64,000 nucleotides of DNA from Mobula hypostoma (GCF_963921235.1 NC_086109.1:22012001-22076000), one strand, 5' to 3'; positions 52,731 through 64,000 are shown, numbered from the stretch's first letter. Notes: generated by a model not told the origin, from the letters alone. Numbers and translations: made by a program.

Positions 52731-53189
52731 TGAGGGGTGATTGATAAGTTTGTGGCCTAAGGTAGAAGGAGTCAATTTTAGAAAACCTAGCACATTTATT
52801 TTTCCTGCATTTACACATCTAGTCCAGTGGTTGTGGAGCATACAGATCCCTTCTTTGTAGAGGTCGGCATCTTGGACCTCCAGAAAGTGGTCCACAGCAG
52901 GGGTGATTCATAAGTTCGTGGCCTAAAGTAGTGAGGAGAAACTTAAAACTTTCTGCATTATCGGTCAAAGAGTTGAACTGCACATGCATGTAACGAGAGC
53001 TGTATAACTCATCTTCTACCTCAATCATCCCTGCTGTGGACCACTTCTACAAAGAAGGGATCCGTATGCTCCACGACCACTGGACTAAGTGTGCACATGT
53101 AAGAGGGGACTACGTTGAAAAATAAATGTGCTAGGTTTTCTAAAATTGACTCCTCCTACCTTAGGCCACGAACTTATCAATCACCCTCG
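52731..53189. mobile_element. Mariner-derived foldback MITE inserted in a CR1 fragment
   Basis: TA flanks; TIR gaggggtgattgataagtt; both arms carry the mariner C-terminus (FYKEGIRMLHDHWTKC..RGDYVEK*). Confidence 0.85.
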
Positions 53190-54181
53190 TATGCCACCTT
53201 TATCCTATCAAACTGTGCAGCCACTTTCAAAGAGCTTTACACCAGGACCCAAGATCCCTCCAAACATCAACACTGTTAAAGGTCTTGCCATTAACAGTCT
53301 ATTATCTCGTTGGCAATGCCAGTTTCGGGTAGAGGGTAGGGAGGAAGACAGGAAGCTGTGGTATCTCCTTTTGTAAATGGTGAGGTTAGTATCATGGCAA
53401 GAAATGAATTTGGCTGGGAATATCTAGATATAGAATCAGTCTGCGTGGAGATAATACAGTAAATGCTGACAGTACTCCGCAGTTTCAAATAAAAGATGTT
53501 TCCCACTGCTGGTGAAGTCCAGGACAAAGGGATGTAACCTTTTGATTAAAAACCATCCCATTTAGGAACTATGTTAAACTCTACTGTGGTGGTTGTAGAT
53601 GGAAGAGATATGGAACTTGTGCATAAAGTCATAGACGTCAGTTCAGTTTAGTTTAAACCTGAGATGTTTTGGCTATTCAAGGCCTTAAACACTTCTGGAG
53701 CCAAGGCAAGCAAATAGGTCAAGATGCTGATCAGCTGTGAGCTCATAGTTTGATAGAAAAAATAAGCCCTTGGATGTTTTGGTGTATAAAAGGTGCAATT
53801 TCACTACATGCTGTTTTGTAAAGTGTAAATATAGTTTTTACAATGAATAAACTTGTACTTCAGGGGTAAATAGTCCTGAACAGCTTAGCTCAAAAACAAG
53901 TTGTAACACATCTTCTGGATTTCTAAACCAGAAGAAGTCTTTCCTATAAAATCCAAGACTGTGAGCTGATTATTTGATGGCTCTTGATATTTGGGGTGGG
54001 GAAAGACAAAGCTGTGGTATCTCCTTTAACAAAGGTTGAAGTCAGTACTATACCAAGCTGTGATCTTGACTTCAAAGATCGGGATATAGAATCAGTTTGA
54101 AGATTTTTTCAAAAAAGAGAAAAATAATTGATAAATGGAGTCTTTCCATTCCTTCAAATTAGCTGTACTGTAGGACCAAGA

Positions 54182-54880
54182 TCATAGTCATAGTCATACT
54201 TTATTGATCCTGGGGGAAATTGGTTTTTGTTACAGTTGTACCATAAATAGTTAAATAGTAATATGTAAATTATGAAATAAGTCCAGGACCAGCCTATCGG
54301 CTCAGGATGTCTGACCCTCCAAGGGAGGAGTTGTATAGTTTGATGGCCATGGACAGGAATGACTTCCTATGGCGCTCCGTGCTGCACCTCGGAGGAATGA
54401 GTCTCTGGCTGAATGTACTCCTGTGCCCACCCAGTACATTATGTAGTGGATGGGAGACATTGACCAAGATGGCATGCAACTTAGACAGCATCCTCTTTTC
54501 AGACACCACCGTGAGAGAGTCCAGTTCCATCCCCACAACATCACTGGCCTTACAAATGAGTTTGTTGATTCAGTTGGTGTCTGCTACCCTCAGCCTGCTG
54601 CCCCAGCACACAACAGCAAACATGATCGCACTGGCCACCACAGACTCGTAGAACATCCTCAGCATCCTCCGGCAGATGTTAAAGGACCTCAGTCTCCTCA
54701 GGAAATAGAGACGGCTCTGACCGTTCTTGTAGATAGCCTCCGTGTTCTTAGACCAGTCCAGTTTATTGTCAATTCATATCCCCAGGTATTTGTAATCCTC
54801 CACCATGTCCACACTGACCCCCCGGATGGAAACAGGGGTCACAGGTACCTTAGCTCTCCTCAGGTCTACCACCAGCTTCT
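54182..54880 (-). mobile_element. Rex/Babar-like LINE 3' fragment
   Basis: LDSLTVVSEKRMLSKLHAIL..SHPLH; short tandem tail; older relative at about 57870-58625. Confidence 0.75.
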
Positions 54881-55106
54881 TGGTCAAATCAAGGAATAAT
54901 TGTATTATAAACAGGAAAAATTAATCAGGCAGTATATCTGTGGAGGCAGAAAGAATTGATGTTCTCAGGTTGATATTCACCAGAACCAAGTTAAAATTTA
55001 AACCTGAATCATTAACACTTATTAATTAGTTCATCAAGCTTAAATATTAGCTCTTTGGGCATGTACCTCAGATGAGTGTTTCTAGCATTAACTACCTTTA
55101 TTATAT

Positions 55107-55291
55107 GGGGTGTCAGGGAGGGGTAGCACCTCTGGTAGGGGAACATGTCGCGTCCTTTTCAGGGCGGCTTGTCCACCTTTGGTCCCCACCTGGCACTCAG
55201 CTCTCACCTGTGGCTCCCCGTAGCTGTTTGCATGCGACAGCAGCCACACCCCGGGCAACGGCTTCGACAAGCCGGCTAAACCAGGTGAGGG
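55107..55291 (+). ncRNA. Putative HDV-like self-cleaving ribozyme
   Basis: P1 55107-13/55246-52; P2 55201-11/55280-91; P3 55212-14/55243-45; L3 UCCCCG; P1.1 GG 55253-54; P4 55259-64/55269-74; J4/2 GCUAA with C55276. Confidence 0.8.
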
Positions 55292-55661
55292 TAGCCGACG
55301 GGTCTCAAACCATCGGTGAGATAGGGAGTTGTCTATCCCAGCATGTGAAGACAGACTCCGGCGGATTGAGCGGACGAGACCAGCAGAAGGTCCAACGGTC
55401 AAGAAGGCGGTCTCTGCAAGCGTCGTGGAACGTGTAGAGCAGGACAAGACACAGAAGATGTCCTGGTCCTCCACTGTGCCTTGTCCCATCTCCAGCCGTC
55501 TCGACTCTTGTCTTGCCACTGGATCCAGATGGGAATTGGGAAGAGAGAGTGAGGCTGACGCTGCGCAAGTCTCCCTCACTTAAATCCAAATCACGTGCTA
55601 GTCTCGACACCATCATTATGGTGTCGAGGTCCTCTTCGACGTCAACGATGGACGAACAACA
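55107..55661 (+). mobile_element. RTE-type non-autonomous retroelement (SINE-like), 11-bp TSD, (CAA)n tail
   Basis: acctttattat at 55094-55104 and 55662-55672; CpG-rich; gaacaacaac tail. Confidence 0.8.
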
Positions 55662-55822
55662 ACCTTTATTATTGAAGAAACGTGTATGAATGTTACTAAA
55701 ATGTGTGGGGCTGTAACTGCTATCTGCAGAGAAATATTGCTTCTGCCTCCACCTATCAGGATTCTAAACTTTGAAATAAAACCAAATAGGCTAGGAATAC
55801 ACAGCAGGTCATGCAGCATTGG

Positions 55823-56387
55823 ATAGACAATAGACAAAAGGTGCAGGAGTAGGCCATTCGGCCCTTCGAGCCAGCACCGCCATTCACTGTGATCATGGCT
55901 GATCATCCACGATCAGTATCCAGTTCCTGCCTTATCCCCATAACCTTTGATTCCACTATCTTTAAGAGCTCTATCCATCTCTTTCTTGAAAACATCCAGA
56001 GACTTGGCCTCCACAGCCTTCTGGGGCAGAGCATTCCATATATCCACCACTCTCTGGGTGAAAACGTTTTTCCTCAACTCCGTTCTAAATGGCCTACCCC
56101 TTATTCTTAAACTGTGCTAGACAGGGACTTATTAGGGAGAGTCAACATGGCTTTGTGCATGGTAGGTCATGTTTGACCAATCTATTGGAGTTTTTCGAGG
56201 AGGTTACCAGGAAAGTGGATGAAGGGAAGGCAGTGGATATCGTCTACATGGACTTCAGTAAGGCCTTTGACAAGGTTCCGCATGGGAGGTTAGTTAGGAA
56301 AATTCAGTTGCTAGGTATACATGGAGAGGTGGTAAATTGGATTAGACATTGGCTCAATGGAAGAAGCCAAAGAGTGGTAGTAGAGAA
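55823..56387. mobile_element. CR1 insertion with inverted 5' segment
   Basis: Minus-strand 3' end (55823-56115) abuts a plus-strand RT fragment (QHGFVHGRSCLTNL). Confidence 0.75.
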
Positions 56388-57035
56388 TCTGTGGAGAGAG
56401 AAATGATTTGTTGGAAGGTATAGAATTGATCTGGGGGAATTACAAAGGAAGGAGATGTTGTTTTCTTTCTCTCCACAGCATCTCGGCACCTGACCAAATG
56501 AGCAAGTTCAGAACTTTCTGCTTTTGTATTCAATTTCCAGCATATTTACATTTTTGCTATGTTTTGGAATTCCTCTCCAAAATCCTCCAACACGAACACC
56601 ATTGAGGTACCTTTTAAAAATCGATTGTATTCACACACCAGCCCTCATACAAGGAGCCAAATTTTATTTCATAGAATTCCTGTGGCATGCTTTGATGCAT
56701 TGCAGTTAAAGGTACTGTGTCATTATAATATTGCTGCTAACGTTTCACTTTCCACTCCATTTCTGAAGAGGTTCATCGGCCAGCATAGGAACCATAGTAC
56801 TGTATATGAAAGATGGGACAAGTGGATTTTAGCACAGTGCTCAGTTCCTTTTGCTTAAGCAGGGCCTTCATGTTATTTACGCATGGCCTCCAGCTTTGTG
56901 CATTCCTGGCCACAAGGTGACCAGGAACTAGTGAGGATCTTTGCACATCTTCAGGCATGTTTTGAGCACATCCTTGAATCCTCTGTGTGCTAATAATGTC
57001 TGTCTGTGATGGAGTTCGGAACAGCATTCTGGGAG

Positions 57036-57785
57036 AAACACACACAATGCTGGAGAAACTCAGCAAGTCAGGCAGCATCAACGTGTCAGGCTGAGGATCT
57101 TCATCAGGATGAGTCTTTCACCATGGAAGATGGAATCAGAGGGAGGAGATGGACAGGTGAGAAGAAGGTAACCAGAATGAAAGAAGAGGAGGAAGGAGTG
57201 GAGAAAAATTGCTGGAAGTTGAGAAATCAATGTTCATGCCATTGCGCTGGAGGCTACTCAGCCTAAATATCAGGTTCTGCTCCTCCAACCTGAACTTGGG
57301 CTCGACATGGGCAGAACAAGAGTCCACAGACCAACATGTCAGAATGGGAACAACAGGAATTCTGCAGATGCTGGAAATTCAAGCAACATACATCAAAGTT
57401 GCTGGTGAACGCAGCAGGCCAGGCAGCATCTATAGGAAGAGGTGCAGTCGACGTTTCAGGCCGAGACCCTTCGTCGAAGTGCCCATAGTCCACTGTCTTC
57501 TCCTATCAGCTTTCTCCTCCTCTGGCCCCTTAGCTTTTCCACCCATCCTTTTACAGTTTTTCACTTCATTCTCCTCCATCACCTGGCCTGGCATATCACC
57601 TACCTCTTTGTATTCCTTCCCTTCTCTTCTTTCCCCCGCATCCCGCCTCCCCACCCCACCCCACTCTTCTTATTCTGGGTTCTGCCTCCTACTTTTCCAG
57701 TTCTGATGGATCTTTCAGCTCAAAACACCGACTGTTCATAGAGGCTTGCTCCCTGGAGTCCAGCATCTGCAGAATCTGGGTTTAG
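57036..57785. mobile_element. Penelope-like element remnant with inverted terminal repeat pieces
   Basis: ORF 57136..57327 RLEEQNLIFRLSSLQRNGMNIDF resembles the PLE GIY-YIG endonuclease C-terminus; adjacent hammerhead-like repeats, including a young copy at 57349-57475. Confidence 0.8.
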
Positions 57786-58769
57786 CATGCCAGAGCTGGG
57801 AGCACTGATGGAGCAGGAGTGCCACCTGCAGCCCTTTTCATGAAATTGCACATCACTGAAATAGATGAGATACTTTATTAATCCCAAAAGAAATTATAGT
57901 GTCTCAGTGGCTTTACAAGTGCAAAGTAATACAAATATTAGACTAGAAGTAAGAAAGGATTTTTAAAAAGTTACCTTAAAAATAAGATGTACTTGATTTA
58001 CAAATCAAAGGTTACTGTATTTACAAGATTTCCAAGTTCATACTGATCAGATGGTAGTGCAAGAATTACTGTAATATTAAACAGTGAAGGGTGCACATTC
58101 ACACTGTCCAGATGAGAAGTGATGGTAGTATTGCACAGGGTGTGGTAAACAGAATTGCACCCTTCAGAAGTGATGAAGAGAGTCATCATTTCCCTCGCTA
58201 TTAGTTGATTCATTTTAGAGCCTAATGGCCAAGGGTAAGAATGACCTTGTATCGTGCTCTTTGGAGCAACACAGTTTTCTTAGTCTATTACTGGAAGTGC
58301 TTTTCTGTTCAGCCAAGGTGGCATGCAGAGGGTGAGAAACATTGTCCGGAATTGCCAGGATTTTCCGGAGGGTCCATTGTTCTACCACAGCTCCAGTGTG
58401 TCTAGTTTGACTCCTGTAACAGAGCTAGCATTTCTAATCAGTTTATTGAGCCTGCTGACATCACCCGTGTTGATGCCATTGTCCCAGCACACCACCACAT
58501 AAAGATTGGACGGGTGACAACGGACTGGTAGAACATGTGAAGGAGAGACCTGCATACTCCATAGGACCTCAGTCTCCTCAGGAGGTAGAGGTGACTCTGG
58601 CCCTTCTTATACATAGCCTCTGTGTTACAGAGGCTGATGACTTTATTCCCCTCTTACATACACTATGCACCCATTTAATTTTAATGGATGTGTGAACTAT
58701 AGTGCTGGTAAGTACAGTATACAGCTGATACAATATCACTGGTGCTCTACTGCTTTGAAGCAGTTGGAC

Positions 58770-59310
58770 AACAGATAAACATGTGTCAGGCTGCTGTTTA
58801 ACAGTTACAGCTCAGCATTCGCCACCATCGTCCCATCAGTACCGATCAACTAGTTTCAAAACCTGAGCCTCCATACCTCCCTCTGCACTGGATTCTCGAC
58901 TTTCTCAGTGGCACAGCATAGTGAGTACAGATCCGTGATAGCATCTCCTTGCTGACCATCAACACGGGCGCATCTCCAGGATGTGTGCTTAGCTCACTGC
59001 TCTGCTATCTCTGCACATGGTTGTGGGGCAAAGCACAGGCCAAATGCCTTTTACAATTTCACACATGACACTGCCGTTGTTGGTAAAATGTCAAATGACA
59101 ATGAGGAGGTGAGCATGGAGGGACAGATTAGCTGAATAAGTAGTGGAACAACAAAGTCAGCTGACCAAGGAACTGATTGCGAGCTTTAGGAAGGGGAAGT
59201 AGGGAGAATGCACAGCAGTGGAAAGGGTGAGCAGCTTTAAGTTCCTGAGGGTCAATATCTACAAGGGCCCAGCACACTGATGCAATCGTAAAGGCACAAC
59301 AGTGGATCAT
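58770..59310 (+). mobile_element. Rex1-like LINE RT remnant
   Basis: YSSAFATIVP and NTGASPGCVLSSLL-like fragments. Confidence 0.65.
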
Positions 59311-59319
59311 CTGATCATC

Positions 59320-59850
59320 TGGATCCTTAATCTGAGGAAAGACATCTTTGCCATAGAGGGAGTACAAAGAAGGTTCACCAGATTGATTCCTGGGATGGCA
59401 GGACTTTCATATGAAGAAAGACTGGATGAACTGGGCTTGTACTCGTTGGAATTTAGAAGATTGAGGGGGGATCTGATTGAAACGTATAAGATCCTAAAGG
59501 GATTGGACAGGCTAGATGCAGGAAGATTGTTCCCGATGTTGGGGAAGTCCAGAACGAGGGATCACAGTTTGAGGATAGAGGGGAAGCCTTTTAGGACCGA
59601 GATTAGGAAAAACTTCTTCACACAGAGAGTGGTGAATCTGTGGAATTCTCTGCCACAGGAAACTGTTGAGGCCAGTTCATTGGCTATGTTTAAGAGGGAG
59701 TTAGATATGGCCCTTGTGGCTACAGGGGTCAGGGGGTATGGAGGGAAGGCTGGGTTCTGAGTTGGATGATCAGCCATGATCATAATAAATGGCGGTGCAG
59801 GCTCGAAGGGCCGAATGGCCTACTCCTGCACCTATTTTCTATGTTTCTAT
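59320..59850 (+). mobile_element. Young CR1 3' fragment
   Basis: Open ORF 59302..59760; tttctatg tail. Confidence 0.93.
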
Positions 59851-59984
59851 CTTCATGAGGAGTGTGAGTCCAGTGCCAACATAAAAGAGGAGGCAGTTTC
59901 CCAGATCACTGAGGCAATGGTGTTTGGTGATGCACAGACCTTGAGGCACTAAATACTGGTTCCACTTGCGGCAGTTGTGCTGTG

Positions 59985-60285
59985 TATTTGAAGGATGGGT
60001 CAACTCCAACTCCAGAGACCTGAGCACAAATTCCAGGCTAACATTCCACCCTGATTCTGAGGGTATGCTGTTAAATCTCAACTGGTTTCCCAAGTCACTG
60101 GCTGTTAAAGATTCCAATGGGGGCACTTTGAAGAAGGGGAGTTATCCCTGTGCATTCCCAATATTTATCACTCAGCTTTATTATCACCTTATTGTTTGTG
60201 GGACTGCTCTTTTGCTTACATGACTACTTCATTGACTGTTAAACTTCTTGAGATGAGATGATAAAAGTCATTAAATAAATGCAGC
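59985..60285 (+). mobile_element. Old Deu-domain-like SINE (degenerate)
   Basis: AAAGATTCCAATGG..TTTGAAGAAG..GGAGTTATCCCTG motif resembles the Deu domain as recalled. Confidence 0.45.
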
Positions 60286-61188
60286 ATTGAAAAAGTAGTA
60301 CACACCTCCTAGCACGATGACCAATATTAATTACTCGATCATTTTCAATGATCTAGATATTTATTTCAAAATTTCAAAGTTCCAAGTAAGTTTATTATCA
60401 AAGTACATATAAGTTGTACAACCTTGAGATTCATCTGCTTACAGGCAGCTACTAAATAAGAAACCCCAATTTAAAAAAAGACCAACGTCCAATGCACAGA
60501 GAGAGTGAAACGCACGCAATGTGGAAGTGATGAAGCAAGCAACAACATTCAATGGACACGAATCCCAGAGCAGGCCCGTAGCCTCAGTCTCAGTTCATCA
60601 CTCAGCGGGGCAAATCACCACAAAGCTCGCAGACACGAATCCCAGAGCAGTTTCACAGCCTCGGTGCCGTAGAGAGAGAAGAATCAGCCTGACACTCTCC
60701 TTGCATCCATTAACGGTATGGGAGTTTGCTTTTCAATGCATTACTGAATTAGCAAAGGTGAATATGCTTAAAAAGTATGTTAATTGTAAAGTATTTGGGG
60801 GTAGTTTGAGGACACAGAAGTTTAAGTTCTTTCTTTGTATTTTGAGAAGCAAACTTGCTTAAAAGTAGATCTGATGCCATGAGATTTTCAGCAAGGAATA
60901 GGGCAGAGACTAGTCCATCCAGCTCTTCAAGCCCTGCATTAGATACCAATTTATTTCCATTAAACCTATTTATTTTCATTAATGCTATTATTGGTCCATC
61001 TTGTTACACATGTTTTATGTCATCAGTCAAACCACCTTTACCATTTAACTTTACTATTTTGCTTGTTTCCAATTTGCTCGTTGAGGCAGTTTAACTGCTA
61101 AATGCACTGCCTCTTTTTGTTAAATTGTTTATTATCCAAATTGATAGTTTGTTGAAAGAAAGCAGAAAATGACGAAATTATTTAACAA

Positions 61189-61295
61189 CATACATCAAAG
61201 TTGCTGGTGAACGCAGTAGGCCAAGCAGCATCTATAGAAAGAGGTGCAGTTGACGTTTCAGGCCGAGACCCTTCGTCAGGACTAACTGAAGGAAG
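61189..61295 (-). mobile_element. 107-bp Penelope-derived insertion with hammerhead motif, 12-bp TSD
   Basis: attatttaacaa at 61177-88 and 61296-307; minus strand AGTC-CTGACGA-A-GGGTCTCGGCCT-GAAAC-GTC-AACTG. Confidence 0.85.
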
Positions 61296-61444
61296 ATTAT
61301 TTAACAAGTTGGGCCACATCTGCAGAATGAGAAACAAAGTTGATGCTTTAAGTTGAAATGCGTGCAGTTAAATCAGCAACTGGTCTTGGCCATTCAGTTT
61401 AAATTTACACGAATTCCAACAATTCCCACCACCTTCCAACATGT

Positions 61445-63100
61445 CAGACATCCCACTCTGCAAAAACTCATTTAAGGGAGGTAGCACCCCCGCTCCCCGC
61501 AACCCCATATTCCCCCCTCCCCCCCCCGTCGACCTCCAAGGGTGTATGTAATACTTTGTTTAGTGATTTTGTCTAATCTGTAAACCAAGTTGGGTAAATG
61601 CAGCAAATGTGACATTAAAATATGTACTTATATTATATAATGTTTATTCCATTACAAATTTAAGCAATTCTACAGGGAGTTTGGCCTCATCACGTAGGAC
61701 ATCAATAGTGTAGCTCCTTGGCAGCTAGCCAGCTAGTTTAAATCCGGGGTCCCCAACATTTTTTGCACCGCGGACCAGTTTAATATTGACAATATTCTTG
61801 CGGACCGGCTGACCCGGCGGGGGGAGGGCGGAGCGGGTATGGTGGGTGTTAATCACGACCGGAATATAGGTGATAAGTCAACTATAAGTCACTTGTAAGT
61901 GGCTAATACACTCAATTTCATTTCTAAAGGGGTTTATCTAGCGAATTTGATGTGAAACACACAGCGCATATTTTCCTTGCATGAATGTAGTGATAAGTCA
62001 ATTATAACAGTGGTCCCCAACCTCCAGGCCGCGAAAATGCAGCGGTAGCCAGAACACACCCAGCACATCTTTGAGAAAAAAGCCAAAATAAACAAGCTAA
62101 TTGATTAGGTGCCGCCCAGCACGTAAATATCAGCCCAGATCAGAGGCGAGGCGACGCAATCGGCAATCGCCTCTGATCTGGGCCGACATTTACGTGCCGG
62201 GTGGCACCTAATTAATTAGCTTGTTTATTTCGGCTTTTTTCTTAAAGATGTGCTGGCTGCGTTCCGGCCACCGCTGTATTCTTCGCGGCCCGGAGGTTGG
62301 GGACCACTGAACTATAAGTCACTTATAATTCAATAGCATCATAATATTTTAAGTAACGTTTGGATATTAAACACACAGCACATATTTTCCTCGTATGAAC
62401 GTATAAAATCATTGCAACACACCAATATCGCTGAATCAGTGGGAGCCCTGGGCTTGTTTTCCCGTAACAACATGGTCCTATCGAGGGGTGATGGGAGACA
62501 GCGATACTCGAAGGGGGTTCCTTATGTCCAGTCTACTCCGCAATTTTGTTTTCGTTGCATTCATTGCAGAAAACTCTGCTTCACAGAAATATGTTGGAAA
62601 TGGAAGCAATGTTTTCAGTGCTTTCGTGGCTATCTCAGGGTATTCAGCCTTGACTTTGATCCAGAATGCCGGCAGAGGTGTTATGTCAAACATACTTTTC
62701 AGCCCGCCGTCATTTGCAAGCTCGAGGAGTTGATCTTTTTCCCGCGCTGACATGGATGATTCACTGGGGACATTCACAAATGAGTCACGGACCCATTCCT
62801 TTGCACGTCTTGGGTCACTGATGACCTCGCGTGCGTTAAAATTCAACAGTGCGTGACAGGGAATGAGGAAAGGCGCAGCTGACTCATATCATTTCATGTC
62901 GCCAAATCACATTGTTTCCTCGCGGCCCGGTGGTTGGGGACCACTCTTAGCACGAAGAGAGACCAATCAGGATGCTCGCTCTCCCTCTCTTTCTCAAAAA
63001 AAATCTAATTCTGGGATATTGTATATAATTTCCGGGCATCAGGGAGCCACTATCGATATGCGGGAGACTCCCGGAACTTCCGGGAGAGGTGGGATGTCTG
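61445..63100 (-). mobile_element. Second copy of the composite DNA transposon (6-bp TSD acatgt) with nested hAT at about 61744-62946
   Basis: TIR cagacatcccac/gtgggatgtctg; acatgt at 61439-44 and 63101-06; ORF 62478..62846 is a hAT dimerization domain. Confidence 0.88.
62008..62309. mobile_element. 302-bp palindromic hAT MITE
   Basis: About 140-bp inverted arms; TIR cagtggtccccaacc; 8-bp TSD aattataa/aactataa. Confidence 0.9.
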
Positions 63101-63595
63101 ACATGTACTTCACTTGGAAACCAAAAACCTGCAGATGCTGGGAATCTAAAGAGTAAACAGATAATGCTGGAAATGTTCAGCAGGTCGGGCAGTATCAATT
63201 GTTAGAGAGCCTCTTCCCAACTGGTTCTCTCATCTTTCCAGTCCTGATTAAAGCTCTTCAATTTAACACGTTATGTGGGTTAAACCTGCAGTTGTGTGCA
63301 GCAGTACGAGCTCACAAGGCCACTGCAGAGGCCAGTTAGGACTCGCTGAATGAGATTATTAGGGTTTAAGGTTCAAAACCCAATGAAGAAGATATAAAAA
63401 TACTAGAAGTGCTCAACAGTTCAGATGGAAGGAAGAGAGTGGCAGTAAAGCATAATTTATGGTAATTTAGTTGTGAAAAAATTTTCCTGGCTCAGAGAAT
63501 TGAAGCATGTGGACTAAATGAAGCAGATGTACAGCTTAAATTGGTATCATAGTCAGCACTAATATGATGGGCTGAAGGGCCTATGCTGAACTGTG

Positions 63596-64000
63596 ATTAG
63601 ATTAGATTATGAGGACACTCAGTTTATTGTCATTTAGAAATGCATGCATTAAAAAATGATACAATGTTCCTCCAGAAAGATAACACAGAAACACAGGACA
63701 AACCAAGACTAAAACTGACAAAACCACATAATTATAACATATAGTTGCAACAGTGCAAAGCAATACCGCAATTTGATAAAGAACAGACCATGGGCACGGT
63801 AAAAAAAAGTCTCAAATCCCGATAGCCCCGTCATCTCACGCAGACGGTAGAAGGGAGAAACCCTCCCTGCCATGAACTCCAAGCGCTGCAAACTTGCCAA
63901 TGCATTGGAAGCACCCGACAACAGCGGACTCTGAGTCCGTCCGAAAACTTCGAGCCTCCGACACCGAGCACCGAGCACCATCTCTGCCGAGCGCTTCGAC
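63596..64000 (-). mobile_element. Unclassified CpG-rich retro-like repeat running off the window
   Basis: (ttaga)n tail followed by GC-rich body. Confidence 0.5.

Noticed and set aside
53335..54100. Apparent direct repeat (gctgtggtatctcctt...gatatagaatcagt) at about 53350 and 54010
   Set aside because: Both look like decayed CR1 endonuclease-region fragments, not a functional duplication
55072..55616. Several overlapping ORFs of 84-163 aa
   Set aside because: By-product of a GC-rich retroelement; no recognisable domain

Overview
Eukaryotic (vertebrate) genomic DNA. The repeat landscape (abundant CR1 LINEs, V-SINE/HE1-like SINEs, Penelope-type repeats) suggests a cartilaginous fish, probably a ray; this is inference. 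The window holds 18 coding exons of LRIG2 on the + strand (2443..44459). All junctions are GT-AG and phase-consistent, giving 3136 nt or about 1044 aa: LRRs, LRRCT, 3 Ig domains, a TM helix and a cytoplasmic tail. The first exon lies upstream of the window. Introns and the 3' flank are packed with nested transposons (CR1, Rex1-like, Tc1/mariner, hAT, Penelope, SINEs). Main findings: (1) a TSD-flanked RTE-type non-autonomous retroelement at 55107 whose 5' end folds into a complete HDV-like ribozyme with an unusual hairpin inserted in L3; (2) very short TSD-flanked Penelope-derived insertions carrying minimal type I hammerhead ribozyme motifs; (3) two copies of a composite DNA transposon with 6-bp TSDs that carries a nested Charlie/Buster hAT; (4) a 159-nt LRIG2 tail exon that I recall being absent from human LRIG2 but similar to a segment of LRIG3. 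Repeat boundaries without TSD or TIR support are approximate. Family names come from motif recognition, not database searches.
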